A stretch of DNA of 64,000 nt from a virus (lineage: Duplodnaviria; Caudoviricetes). The notes under the pieces were generated by a model, which saw only the letters and a program-made list of their open reading frames with translations, was not told the DNA's origin and did no database searches. Where the stretch lies: IMG/VR virus record IMGVR_UViG_3300025671_008697; one strand, given 5' to 3'. The position numbers were made by a program, and so were the translations under genes. Numbering within the stretch: the first letter of the stretch is position 1; every line of letters starts with the position of its first letter. This document shows, piece after piece, positions 54,986-64,000 of this stretch.

Positions 54986-55615
54986 ATGTTAGTCATCTTG
55001 GGTGACAGTTTCTGCTCTGAAAAGGAGGGCTGGCCTTCTATGCTAGCCAATATGCTTAATACAGATTTTGTTTGTCACGGAACACCTGCTGCTAGTTGGT
55101 GGATTACCTATAAAGATTGTCAAAGATTAGAAAATAAGTTGTCAAATGCAAAAATAATTATATTTTGCCACACACATCCTGCTAGAATATTAACTGAAAA
55201 TTTAAATATTCTTCAATGCGATTATAGAGCAAAATCAAAAAATGAAGAGCAAGCCGCCGGTAGTTTATATATGAAATATATTCATAATCACGAAGTTCAT
55301 GATTGGTCGATGTCTGCTTGGTTTAAGGAATTAAATGAACGGTACAAGCAAGCCACAGTTTTGCACCTATTTGCTTTTGACGATTCAATGAGTCTAGGAA
55401 AATATCTCACCAATGGAATTAAAGCAAAGACATCGCTTACTGAATTAAGTTTATTAGAGTTTTCATCAGATGACATCAATTTGCTGTCAGGCGATAGTAG
55501 AGCAAATCATTTTAGCCAATACAATAACAAAATATTAGCTAAACAAATTTATAATGGATTAATCAATGGTATAGATTTTGATTTTGACAAAAGTGAATTT
55601 AATTTCGGAACTTAA
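54986..55615 (+). CDS. SGNH/GDSL hydrolase-like protein
   Basis: LGDSF N-terminus; ANHFS near C-terminus. Confidence 0.6.
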   Translation: MLVILGDSFCSEKEGWPSMLANMLNTDFVCHGTPAASWWITYKDCQRLENKLSNAKIIIFCHTHPARILTENLNILQCDYRAKSKNEEQAAGSLYMKYIHNHEVHDWSMSAWFKELNERYKQATVLHLFAFDDSMSLGKYLTNGIKAKTSLTELSLLEFSSDDINLLSGDSRANHFSQYNNKILAKQIYNGLINGIDFDFDKSEFNFGT

Positions 55616-55626
55616 ATGGAATAAAA

Positions 55627-56775
55627 ATGGCAATTGATAATAAAATTTTAGAAATATTAGGTAGAGAAGAATACAGGCAAGGCAACACCATAGAACTTAT
55701 AGCAAGTGAAAACTTTGCCAGTGAAGTAGTGCGTAATCTCTGTGCTAGTGTGTTTACCAACAAGTATGCAGAAGGTATTCCTGGCAGACGTTTTTATAAT
55801 GGTTGCGAACACGCAGATGAAATTGAACGTCTGGCAATTGAATACGCTACAACACTGTTTGGGTGTCAATTTGCCAATGTTCAACCACATAGCGGTGCTA
55901 ACGCCAACCTTGCAGTATTCAAAGCATTACTTAAACCTGGAGATGTTATCTTAGGTATGGATCTGAGTAATGGTGGACATCTGAGTCATGGAAGTCATGT
56001 TAACCTAAGTGGTGCTTGGTTCAGAGCTGCCAAATATACATTAGGACAAGATGGCCTAATAGACTATATAGAAGTAGATAAATTGGCTCAAGAACTAAAA
56101 CCTAAATTGATCATTGCAGGTGCTAGTAATTATAGCCAAGTTATCGATTGGGCAAGGTTTAGGCAAATTGCCGACAAAGTAGGTGCAAAACTATTATGTG
56201 ACATAGCACACTACAGTGGATTGATTGCCGGCGGACAATACCCCAATCCTTTCCCACATGCTCATATCGCTACTAGCACTACACACAAAACATTACGCGG
56301 TCCAAGAGGTGGAATAATTCTATGGAACGACAACGATTTATCGGCAAAAATTAACAACGCAGTTTTTCCTGGCACACAAGGCGGACCTTTGATGCATATT
56401 ATTGCTGCCAAGGCACAGTGTTTTCACGAGGCATTGCAAAAAGATTTCAGAGAATACAGCCGGCAAGTTATCTTAAATGCAAAAGCAATGGTAGAAGTAT
56501 TCAAAGAAAATGATGTAGATATAGTTAGTAATGGTACTGAATGTCACATGTTTACTTTAGACTTAGGCAAAGAATCTTATAGTGGAAGACAACTTGCAGA
56601 TAGACTAGAGGAAAAAGGAATTACTGTGAATAAAAATGCAGTACCAGGAGATACCAGAAGTTTTGTTGAAACTAGTGGAATCAGAATTGGCACTGCTGCT
56701 GAAACTACTAGAGGACACAACGAAGAATGGTTTAGAGAACTTGCTCAGAATATTGTTAATATTTTGAGAACTTAA
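55627..56775 (+). CDS. glyA: Serine hydroxymethyltransferase
   Basis: LIASEN, KYAEG, NVQPHSGA, GGHLSHG, TTHKTLRGPRGG (PLP Lys), SGIRIGT. Confidence 0.95.
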   Translation: MAIDNKILEILGREEYRQGNTIELIASENFASEVVRNLCASVFTNKYAEGIPGRRFYNGCEHADEIERLAIEYATTLFGCQFANVQPHSGANANLAVFKALLKPGDVILGMDLSNGGHLSHGSHVNLSGAWFRAAKYTLGQDGLIDYIEVDKLAQELKPKLIIAGASNYSQVIDWARFRQIADKVGAKLLCDIAHYSGLIAGGQYPNPFPHAHIATSTTHKTLRGPRGGIILWNDNDLSAKINNAVFPGTQGGPLMHIIAAKAQCFHEALQKDFREYSRQVILNAKAMVEVFKENDVDIVSNGTECHMFTLDLGKESYSGRQLADRLEEKGITVNKNAVPGDTRSFVETSGIRIGTAAETTRGHNEEWFRELAQNIVNILRT

Positions 56776-56856
56776 CACCTTAGGACCGCTAAGTTAAGGT
56801 GTAGGCGGCTGCTGCCTGTGGGAATCGATTCGCTACCGTGTACCATAAAGTGAGCA
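56775..56856 (+). ncRNA. Candidate structured RNA (three stems plus possible pseudoknot), family unassigned
   Basis: ACACCTT/AAGGTGT stem; AGGCGG/CTGCCT stem; GTGG/CCAT stem whose loop TTCGCT can pair with downstream AGTGAG. Confidence 0.5.
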
Positions 56857-56857
56857 C

Positions 56858-56863
56858 TAAATA
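56858..56863 (+). promoter_or_regulatory. T4-late-like TAAATA box upstream of the sugar operon
   Basis: TAAATA; the same hexamer precedes many genes in the window. Confidence 0.55.
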
Positions 56864-56881
56864 TTTTGTCTTTCAATTATT

Positions 56882-57352
56882 ATGATATTAATTAAACACC
56901 AAACACTTAACGAAGTAAAAACCGTCACCAAACCTTGGGGATGTGAACGCTGGATACAGGCCGGAGATGACAATCATACTTACGTGCTTAAAGAAATTGA
57001 ACTAAACACCGGGTTTAGAACCAGTATACAAGTTCATAGGCAAAAAGCAGAAACTAATTTTATCTTAGAAGGTCGTGGAGAACTTTGGTATTATCCAGAA
57101 TGGTTTGACTGCGAGCGCTACGAACAAGGAAAATATACCCAAAGCGAACTTGATTATATTTTAGCAAATTTAGAGTGCATCGAATATGGGCCAGGAAGCA
57201 CAATGACAATAGAACCGGGCACGATACACAGAATGGTTGCTGTTACAGATTTGCGTTTTGTAGAATCCAGCACCTGTCACTTAGACGATGTTATTAGATT
57301 ACAAGATGACAGCAATCGCAGTCACGGTAAAATAGATTCAGAACACCAATAA
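56882..57352 (+). CDS. Cupin (type II phosphomannose isomerase C-terminal-like)
   Basis: KPWG, RTSIQVHRQKAETNFILEG, EPGTIHRM, DDVIRLQDD. Confidence 0.8.
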   Translation: MILIKHQTLNEVKTVTKPWGCERWIQAGDDNHTYVLKEIELNTGFRTSIQVHRQKAETNFILEGRGELWYYPEWFDCERYEQGKYTQSELDYILANLECIEYGPGSTMTIEPGTIHRMVAVTDLRFVESSTCHLDDVIRLQDDSNRSHGKIDSEHQ

Positions 57353-58896
57353 TGCTAACAGTTTTAATTCTCGCTGCAGGCTACGGTAGACGTATGGGAC
57401 ACTTTAGCCGCATGGTCAATAAAGGCCTTATTCCCTACGACAACAAACCTTTAATCAGTCATATCATCGAACGATTTGATCAGGACACAAAATTTGTAAT
57501 TGCCTGTGGGCACATGGGACAGCAAGTCAAAGACTATGTCAGTGCAGTGCATACAGACAAACAGATTATTTACGTAGATATAGACGACTACGCTGAAGGT
57601 TCAACGGGCCCGGCTACTACAATACAAAAATGTAGTCCACATTTGACTGCGCCATTTATGTGGCTTAGTTGCGACACTGTTTTTGATTTTGATTATAAAT
57701 CTAAAATGGATCACAACTGGATTGGTGTATATCCTGTTGATAGTGCCATAGCCAAAGACTACTGTTGGATTCAAAGAGACGGCGACACCATTACAGATAT
57801 CTACAACAAACAACCCAGCACTACCGCAGTCGACGCTTTTATCGGCTTGATGTACTGCAAGGATACTACATACTTAGACAACTTAAAAGCCAAAGGTGCA
57901 CGTGAAGCCTACCAGGGATTTGATGATAATTTAGAATTACATGCACACACAGTGAGAGACTGGAAAGACTTTGGCACATACGATAAGTGGGTTGAACTAA
58001 GTAGAGGACTTAAGGAAGTTAGTTTTCCTAAACCTGATGAAATCTTTTATCAAGACAATAATAAAATTGTCAAGTTTACCACCGATAGTACACTAACAGA
58101 TAAAAAAGCCAACAGAGCACTACTGAATCCCAACTGCATGCCCAAGGGTATACGCAGAAGCGGACAGTTTTTAGTTTATGATTATGTGGAAGGCGACATA
58201 GTTTACAATAAACTTACTCCTGCTTTGTTTGCCCAGTTACTGGACTGGAGTGAACAAAACCTATGGCGCCGTAAATGGTTCCCTGATACAGATCAAATCT
58301 GTAGGGACTTTTATCAAGAAAAAACACTAAACCGGCTAAATCAATTTAGAGTAAAATACAAGGATTGGAGTGATCCTACTAGTGTAAACAACGTTCCCAC
58401 ACTAAGCATAAATGATTACTTAAACAAAATAGATTGGGAATGGTTGTGCAAAGAAAATGAATGGGCATTTATTCACGGTGATTTTCAATTTGAAAACATC
58501 ATAGCACACGATCAAGGGTTTACCTGCATAGACTGGCGTACAGACTTCGGTGGCAGCAGCTACGGAGACTTATACTATGACCTAGCCAAAATGTTGGGTG
58601 GTATTATGCTGAATTATCAAAGTGTCAAGAAAGGTGATTTAGTTTATGAGGAACAGGCAGAACTGGCAACGCTAAATTACTGCGGCCTTGATGATGCATT
58701 AGATTATAGACAACAACTGCGAGCATGGGTAGAACAGCATAATTTAAATTGGGATAAAGTGGAACTACTTGTTCCTATTATCTACCTAAACATGAGCCCT
58801 TTGCATGATGCACCTTTTGACAAATATCTTTTTGCACTAGCACAATTACGTTTTGCTGAATACTTCAATGAATCTAGAACAAGCAATAGCCAATAA
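57352..58896 (+). CDS. Sugar nucleotidyltransferase fused to APH/choline kinase-like domain
   Basis: ILAAGYGRRM..NKGLIP; WLSCD; HGDFQFENI, IDWR, YDLAK. Confidence 0.85.
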   Translation: MLTVLILAAGYGRRMGHFSRMVNKGLIPYDNKPLISHIIERFDQDTKFVIACGHMGQQVKDYVSAVHTDKQIIYVDIDDYAEGSTGPATTIQKCSPHLTAPFMWLSCDTVFDFDYKSKMDHNWIGVYPVDSAIAKDYCWIQRDGDTITDIYNKQPSTTAVDAFIGLMYCKDTTYLDNLKAKGAREAYQGFDDNLELHAHTVRDWKDFGTYDKWVELSRGLKEVSFPKPDEIFYQDNNKIVKFTTDSTLTDKKANRALLNPNCMPKGIRRSGQFLVYDYVEGDIVYNKLTPALFAQLLDWSEQNLWRRKWFPDTDQICRDFYQEKTLNRLNQFRVKYKDWSDPTSVNNVPTLSINDYLNKIDWEWLCKENEWAFIHGDFQFENIIAHDQGFTCIDWRTDFGGSSYGDLYYDLAKMLGGIMLNYQSVKKGDLVYEEQAELATLNYCGLDDALDYRQQLRAWVEQHNLNWDKVELLVPIIYLNMSPLHDAPFDKYLFALAQLRFAEYFNESRTSNSQ

Positions 58897-59614
58897 AAAA
58901 CGTGAAAAACTATTTGTTAGTTTAGCACTTCGACCTGGACGCACTGGTACTAGATTTTACACACGACTATTCCTGCATCATGAAATAGACGCAGAGTATG
59001 TGGCCTGCGAATGTACAGACATTAAGAAAGATATAGAGTTAGCCAAACAACACTGTGCAGGTATTAGTATAACTATGCCATATAAAACACAGGTGTCAGA
59101 ATTTGTAGATTTTTGGCACGGTTCAAAAGGAATTACAAATACTTTACATTTACAGTTAGGTATTGTAACTGCCTACAACTGTGATGAATCTGCACTTAGA
59201 ACCTGTGTTAACTTTCCAAAATCTGACATGAGTATTAATTTATTAGGTATGGGTGCAATGAGCCAAAACTTTAGGAATATTGCACCTAAAGGCAGTATAA
59301 TTAGACAGTTCGACAGAGCAAATTGGATGTATAGAGTACAACCCTGTGACATGTTAGTGAATGCGACCAGTATTGGGATGAATCCGGAAGAGTCGCCTGT
59401 AGCAGACGTACACAATGCACACGCAGTAATAGACGTGGTGCAAGGGCCCACTAGATTAAAAAAGATTGCAAGGGCAGCAGGTGTACCATTGGTTACAGGA
59501 GAACAACTATACATTGAACAGTTCAAGCAGCAATTCAAAGTTTATACAGGAATTGCGCCAGATAACAAAGTTTTAGAGCAAGTGGCAGAAGAAGTATTTG
59601 ATTATGATTACTAG
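58868..59614 (+). CDS. Shikimate dehydrogenase-like (AroE family) oxidoreductase
   Basis: GISITMPYK, NTL, YNCD, VNATSIGM, EQFKQQF; likely ATG 58868. Confidence 0.75.
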   Translation: MNLEQAIANKKREKLFVSLALRPGRTGTRFYTRLFLHHEIDAEYVACECTDIKKDIELAKQHCAGISITMPYKTQVSEFVDFWHGSKGITNTLHLQLGIVTAYNCDESALRTCVNFPKSDMSINLLGMGAMSQNFRNIAPKGSIIRQFDRANWMYRVQPCDMLVNATSIGMNPEESPVADVHNAHAVIDVVQGPTRLKKIARAAGVPLVTGEQLYIEQFKQQFKVYTGIAPDNKVLEQVAEEVFDYDY

Positions 59615-60074
59615 ATTTATTAGTGACGTAGATGGCTGTTTGAATGACGGAGTCATTTATTGGTCAGAACAAGGTAAACCATTCAAAGCATTTGGTAATT
59701 ATGACCACGATGGTGTTAAAATGTTTCGCAAACACAATATTCCCATTACTTTTATTACTGCGGACAAAGCAGGTTGGAATATTATGTACAGTCGCGTAGT
59801 TGAACATATGAAATGCGACTTAGTGTTAGTACCGGAAGCCAGTAGATACGAATTTGTTGAAAATTATGGATTTGATAACATAGCATACATGGGCGATGGA
59901 TTTTATGATGCTCCTATTATAAAGGCCGCACGTTATGGAATAGCGCCAGCACAGGGCAGAATAGAAGCACGGAATGCTGCCCACTATGTAACACCTAGTC
60001 GAGGCGGTGAAGGCGCTTACTTTGATGCCTGTTTATGGTTATTGGATCAGATGGGAATAGACTATGCAATTTAA
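59598..60074 (+). CDS. KdsC-like HAD phosphatase
   Basis: SDVDGCLNDG, YMGDGFYD, GGEGA. Confidence 0.85.
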   Translation: MIMITRFISDVDGCLNDGVIYWSEQGKPFKAFGNYDHDGVKMFRKHNIPITFITADKAGWNIMYSRVVEHMKCDLVLVPEASRYEFVENYGFDNIAYMGDGFYDAPIIKAARYGIAPAQGRIEARNAAHYVTPSRGGEGAYFDACLWLLDQMGIDYAI

Positions 60075-61041
60075 ATTAGGCTTTGGTCCTATGAGTGTGA
60101 TCGTTAACAGGGCACTGGCAGAATACGCTAGTATGAAACAGCGTCCTCTAATGATAATTGCCAGTAGGAATCAAGTAGATGCCGACAGTGGCTATGTAAT
60201 GCAGACACGGGCGCTGGCTGATCAAATGGAGCCATTGCGTAGTGACTATTTAATGCTGTGCAGAGATCATTGTGGACCCTACTTTTTAGACAGTGAACGT
60301 GAACTGTCAATTAAAGACGCAGTAAACGCTACAAAGAAAACAATTCAAGCAGACATAGAAGCAGGATTTGATTTGATTCACATCGATACCAGCAGATGTG
60401 AAGATCCTTATCCGGTAGCAGACGAATTATTCAACTTTTGTTTGGAACTAAACCCCAATATTAAATTTGAATTTGGCACAGAAGAAAATGTTGGAGTAAG
60501 GGCTGGGGTTAAGAAATACAAAGACGATGTTAGATTTGCCAGTCAATACCCAAACATGGAGTTTGTGGTGGCACAGACCGGCAGTTTGACCATGGAGGAT
60601 AGACAGATAGGCAGTTTTGAACCTGGTTTGGTTAAAAAGTTGGTTGCATTTGCTGAACAGAGTAATGTAAAATTAAAAGAGCACAATGCCGATTACTTAA
60701 CTGCCGAACAGATCCAAATGCGTCGAAACGCAGGAGTACACGCTTGTAACATTGCTCCACAGTTAGGTGTTATACAAACACAGGTAACACTGTCATTGGC
60801 TAAAGAACATAATGTTAACACACATGAATTTGAACGTACAGTATTGGAAAGTAATAAATGGCAAAAATGGATGATCGGTGATAACACAGAAACAAAAATA
60901 CTGGTAGCAGGACATTATTGTTTTGGTTCAAACAGTTATGAAAGACTTTTTGAACAAACACAAAAACACTGCGACTTAGAAGCAGAAATCACGTTAGCAA
61001 TTTATAATTGCTTAGACACTTACTATGAGAACTTATTATGA
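60064..61041 (+). CDS. GatZ/KbaZ-like (class II aldolase/epimerase TIM barrel) protein
   Basis: LGFGPMS, IASRNQVD, CRDHCGP, HIDT, EFGTEE, HNADY. Confidence 0.7.
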   Translation: MQFKLGFGPMSVIVNRALAEYASMKQRPLMIIASRNQVDADSGYVMQTRALADQMEPLRSDYLMLCRDHCGPYFLDSERELSIKDAVNATKKTIQADIEAGFDLIHIDTSRCEDPYPVADELFNFCLELNPNIKFEFGTEENVGVRAGVKKYKDDVRFASQYPNMEFVVAQTGSLTMEDRQIGSFEPGLVKKLVAFAEQSNVKLKEHNADYLTAEQIQMRRNAGVHACNIAPQLGVIQTQVTLSLAKEHNVNTHEFERTVLESNKWQKWMIGDNTETKILVAGHYCFGSNSYERLFEQTQKHCDLEAEITLAIYNCLDTYYENLL

Positions 61042-62132
61042 TTGTATGGTTTAATTGCAAAATTAGTGACATTAGGCTTACGCCACAACCTAGATATCAT
61101 TTACGTACAGACGATAGACTAGATGTAGCCAAATATAGTTTAGCCAGTTTCCGCCCGTTAGATGAAGTGACTTCTAAATGGATCTTTAACTTTGAACTGG
61201 CAGATGGTTGTGCTGGTAAAGAAAAGGAATTTGAAGATTGGATCCGAGAAAACTTTCCTGCAGATAAAACAGTTATAAACTGGTATCGGTGCAATCACTA
61301 TGAGCAATGGCAGGAAATGGCAGATTTAGTTAATGCTGAGGACGATGAGTTAATTTTTCCAGCTGGGAACGAAGATCATATCTTTATGGATACTGATATC
61401 GAACTGTTCAAAGAAGGATTAGAACTTGTTAAAAATGATTCGGACCCAAATGCAGTTTTTTTTACAAGTCATTATCCAGAACTTGCAAGATGTAGTTTTT
61501 ATTTTAACCCAGAAGGCATAACTGAAAATAAACATTTTACATGGTACGTTTTAGGTAGCAATGATGCACTGCGTGTTATGAAAAAAGGCCTTTTTAATGA
61601 ATACGTACAAAAAATTAAGAATAATAAAAACATTTTTTACAGGACTGAAGATTGGAATCAACTCAGTTTGCCTGTTTGTAAAATATATTGTCCAACCAAA
61701 GAACAATTTAGGCACTATGATGGATACGCTCATGTTCGTATAGGTGCAGATATAGCTCCACCATTGGAAATTCCTGCAGGATTTTTTGATAAATCTATGA
61801 CAATTAAATACGGTTTTGATCAGCGTGAAGAAGGCGCAGTAAACATTAACCCACAAATGGAAAGTTTCTTTGCAGAAGATGGCGCCGGCACAGACTATAA
61901 ATTTAGTTTAGAGGATATTCCGTTATTTTGGAAAGAACACATTAAAGAGATTCAAATTAATCCAGACTCTGATTCAGAACAACTTATAGAAGCAAGAGAT
62001 GCTCAATTACTTAAAATGAGTAGATGTGAAGCACATTGGGACTTTATGGGGATTGTTTTTGATAACAATAATTATCCACCAGCAGAAAGAGTAAACTGTT
62101 GGACCAAATCAATTGATTTCACAGACGAATAA
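61038..62132 (+). CDS. Hypothetical protein, possible glycosyltransferase
   Basis: GNEDHIFMD and RHYDGY; last gene of the sugar operon. Confidence 0.55.
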   Translation: MIVWFNCKISDIRLTPQPRYHLRTDDRLDVAKYSLASFRPLDEVTSKWIFNFELADGCAGKEKEFEDWIRENFPADKTVINWYRCNHYEQWQEMADLVNAEDDELIFPAGNEDHIFMDTDIELFKEGLELVKNDSDPNAVFFTSHYPELARCSFYFNPEGITENKHFTWYVLGSNDALRVMKKGLFNEYVQKIKNNKNIFYRTEDWNQLSLPVCKIYCPTKEQFRHYDGYAHVRIGADIAPPLEIPAGFFDKSMTIKYGFDQREEGAVNINPQMESFFAEDGAGTDYKFSLEDIPLFWKEHIKEIQINPDSDSEQLIEARDAQLLKMSRCEAHWDFMGIVFDNNNYPPAERVNCWTKSIDFTDE

Positions 62133-62141
62133 CAGTATAAT
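62113..62141 (+). promoter_or_regulatory. sigma70-like promoter
   Basis: TTGATT(62113-62118)-17 nt-TATAAT(62136-62141); AGGAG SD. Confidence 0.7.
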
Positions 62142-62159
62142 ACAGTCAAGGAGAACACA

Positions 62160-62425
62160 TGTCAGACTACACCCGTACATTTAACGCAGAAGCCAAAATC
62201 AAACTTACACAACTAATCAACGAAGGCATGACTGTCATGCAAGAAATTGAAGATCTCAACGCAGGTTTGAATGATACTATCAAGGCAATCGCAGAAGAAT
62301 TAGAAATTAAACCTGCAACACTTAAAAAAGCAGTAAAGATTGCACATAAATCTAAATTGGGTGAAACCAATCGCGACCACGACGAACTAAACACTATTTT
62401 GGAAACTGTAGGCAAAACACTTTGA
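62160..62425 (+). CDS. T4 DsbA-like double-stranded DNA-binding protein
   Basis: KLTQLINEG...LNDTIKAIAEELEIKPATLKKAVKIAHK; ORF track gives 62159-62425. Confidence 0.7.
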
Positions 62426-62727
62426 CCAAAGCATTTGGTGCTTGGTGGTCAGGCACGCAACAGTTTATCGCAAAGGATTGGAGTAGCCATCCTTTTCGTT
62501 TCTGTTTAGAGATGACTGCGTGGGCAATCAGTATAGGCTGTGCTATAACTTACGCTTATACTGTACCTAATATTCCATTTATACCTTTGTACTGTGCATT
62601 TATCACAGGCTGCGTTATAGGTGCATGGTGTGCTTATACTCGAGGTAGTTTTGGACTTTTTGGAAATTACACCCTGCTCGCAATCATTGACATGACCGGG
62701 CTAATTAAGTTATTATTAATGAAGTAA
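62422..62727 (+). CDS. Small multi-pass membrane protein
   Basis: Three hydrophobic segments. Confidence 0.7.
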   Translation: MTKAFGAWWSGTQQFIAKDWSSHPFRFCLEMTAWAISIGCAITYAYTVPNIPFIPLYCAFITGCVIGAWCAYTRGSFGLFGNYTLLAIIDMTGLIKLLLMK

Positions 62728-62728
62728 G

Positions 62729-64000
62729 ATGTCATACGTAGACGCATTATTTGATAAACAACGTGACAGGATTCACGTAGTAGAACGTGTTAACGGCGAA
62801 CGCCGCTATCAAGAGTTTGCGGCTGATTATACGTTTTACTATGACGATCCCAAGGGCAAGTATCGTACTATCTATGGCACGCCTGTAAGCAAGTTTACAA
62901 CACGCAACGGCAAAGAGTTTCAAAAAGAAATGCGTATCCAAGGCAGCAAGCGTCTTTGGGAAAGCGACTTCAAGCCAGTGTTTAGATGCTTGGCCACAAA
63001 CTTTCTTGGCGCAGAACCCCCAAAACTACAGACAGCATTTTTCGATATTGAGGTAGACTTTGATCCCGAACGTGGATTCAGTAAACCCGAGGATCCATTC
63101 AACGCTATCACTGCTATCAGTGTGTACTTGGATTGGATGGACAAGTTAGTTACACTGGCTATTCCGCCCAAGTCGATGAGTTGGGAAACCGCAGAAGAAA
63201 TTTGTAATAGGCATAGTGACTGTTTCTTGTTTGACAGAGAAGAAGACTTATTAAACACATTCTTAGACTTAGTTGATGATGCTGACATCCTGTCAGGTTG
63301 GAACAGTGAAGGCTTCGACATTCCTTATACCGTGGGACGCATTACTCGTGTGCTCAGCAAAGACGATACACGCAGACTTTGTTTGTGGGGACAGTTTCCC
63401 AAACAACGTGAATTTGAACGCTTTGGTGCCACAAACATTACGTTTGACTTAATCGGCCGTGTACATATGGACTATATGCAACTGTATCGCAAGTATACCT
63501 ATGAAGAACGCCATAGTTACAGTTTGGATGCCATCGGCGAATATGAACTAGAAGAACGTAAAACTGCCTATGAAGGCACACTGGATCAGTTGTACAATAA
63601 AGACTTTGACACATTTATTGAATACAACAGACAGGATACTCGACTGTTAGCAAAACTGGACAAGAAACTCCGCTTTCTAGACTTGGCTAACACCATTGCA
63701 CATGACAACACAGTATTGTTGCAGACCACAATGGGCGCAGTAGCAACCACGGAGCAGGCAATTATCAATGAAGCACACAGCCAAGGACTGGTCGTACCTA
63801 ACAGAAAGAACAGAGATGAGGGGGAAGAAACAACAGCGGCAGGTGCCTATGTTGCTTATCCCAAAACAGGCATCCACGAATACATCGGAGCCATTGACAT
63901 CAACTCGCTCTATCCCTCGGCTATTAGAGCGCTCAACATGGGACCAGAAACCATCGTCGGACAGATCCGACCCGTAATGACTAAAAAGTTTATTCAAGAC
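62729..64000 (+). CDS. Family B DNA polymerase (gp43-like), 3'-truncated by the window (not in ORF track)
   Basis: Read manually from ATG 62729: MSYVDALFD...FFDIEVD (ExoI), GWNSEGFDIPY (ExoII), YSLDAIG, YNRQD (ExoIII), DINSLYPS (Pol motif A). Confidence 0.95.
   Translation, partial: MSYVDALFDKQRDRIHVVERVNGERRYQEFAADYTFYYDDPKGKYRTIYGTPVSKFTTRNGKEFQKEMRIQGSKRLWESDFKPVFRCLATNFLGAEPPKLQTAFFDIEVDFDPERGFSKPEDPFNAITAISVYLDWMDKLVTLAIPPKSMSWETAEEICNRHSDCFLFDREEDLLNTFLDLVDDADILSGWNSEGFDIPYTVGRITRVLSKDDTRRLCLWGQFPKQREFERFGATNITFDLIGRVHMDYMQLYRKYTYEERHSYSLDAIGEYELEERKTAYEGTLDQLYNKDFDTFIEYNRQDTRLLAKLDKKLRFLDLANTIAHDNTVLLQTTMGAVATTEQAIINEAHSQGLVVPNRKNRDEGEETTAAGAYVAYPKTGIHEYIGAIDINSLYPSAIRALNMGPETIVGQIRPVMTKKFIQD

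Noticed and set aside
51699-56775. Host chromosomal contamination explaining aceA/boxB/glyA
   Set aside because: Genes are coupled to phage genes, share codon style and the phage late box, and lack pathway partners (aceB, boxA/C). A chimera is unlikely but only read mapping can exclude it.
740-63997. Many short minus-strand and nested ORFs in the track (e.g. 14081-14437, 31492-31845, 35645-36058, 43178-43567, 62920-63321)
   Set aside because: Antisense shadows of well-supported + strand genes; no motifs or RBS.
1-64000. Alternative genetic code (stop-codon reassignment), as seen in some large phages
   Set aside because: Long known genes read uninterrupted in code 11, and TAA, TAG and TGA all end genes at expected lengths.
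1-64000. CRISPR array, tRNA, rRNA, integrase/transposase, DGR
   Set aside because: No spaced direct repeats, cloverleaf/T-loop signature, recombinase or reverse transcriptase motif seen by eye.

Overview
A 64-kb internal segment of a large, AT-rich, T4-like (myovirus-type) bacteriophage genome. It is gene-dense, almost entirely + strand, and reads in the standard genetic code. Phage evidence: family-B DNA polymerase (runs off the right end), gp44/RFC-type clamp loader, DsbA-like protein, GroES/gp31-like co-chaperonin, PhoH, baseplate/tail proteins, GH19 endolysin with spanin-like genes, sigma70-type early promoters, and many T4-late-like TAA(A/G)TA boxes. Host-type (auxiliary) genes are unusually numerous: infA, Fe/Mn SOD, ErpA/IscA, Dps, DnaJ/CbpA, ClpA, TctA/TctC, a BMP-family binding protein, an APS kinase-like enzyme, isocitrate lyase, benzoyl-CoA epoxidase BoxB, SHMT and a sugar-nucleotide pathway. 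These suggest a proteobacterial, possibly betaproteobacterial, host (inference). Most interesting signals: (1) a ~13-kb block of modular proteins with N-termini resembling the T4 capsid-targeting sequence and internal hydrophobic-x-E junctions between domains, suggesting protease-processed, capsid-packaged, injected polyproteins (the SOD carries the same leader); (2) a candidate pseudoknotted RNA between glyA and the sugar operon; (3) a TTT-transporter / APS-kinase / sulfotransferase-like cluster; (4) an ATE/Bpt-like transferase plus amidinotransferase operon, with a ClpA elsewhere in the window; (5) apparently leaderless late transcripts. No tRNA, rRNA, CRISPR array, integrase or transposase was seen. 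All product calls are from motif recognition by eye; no database searches were run.
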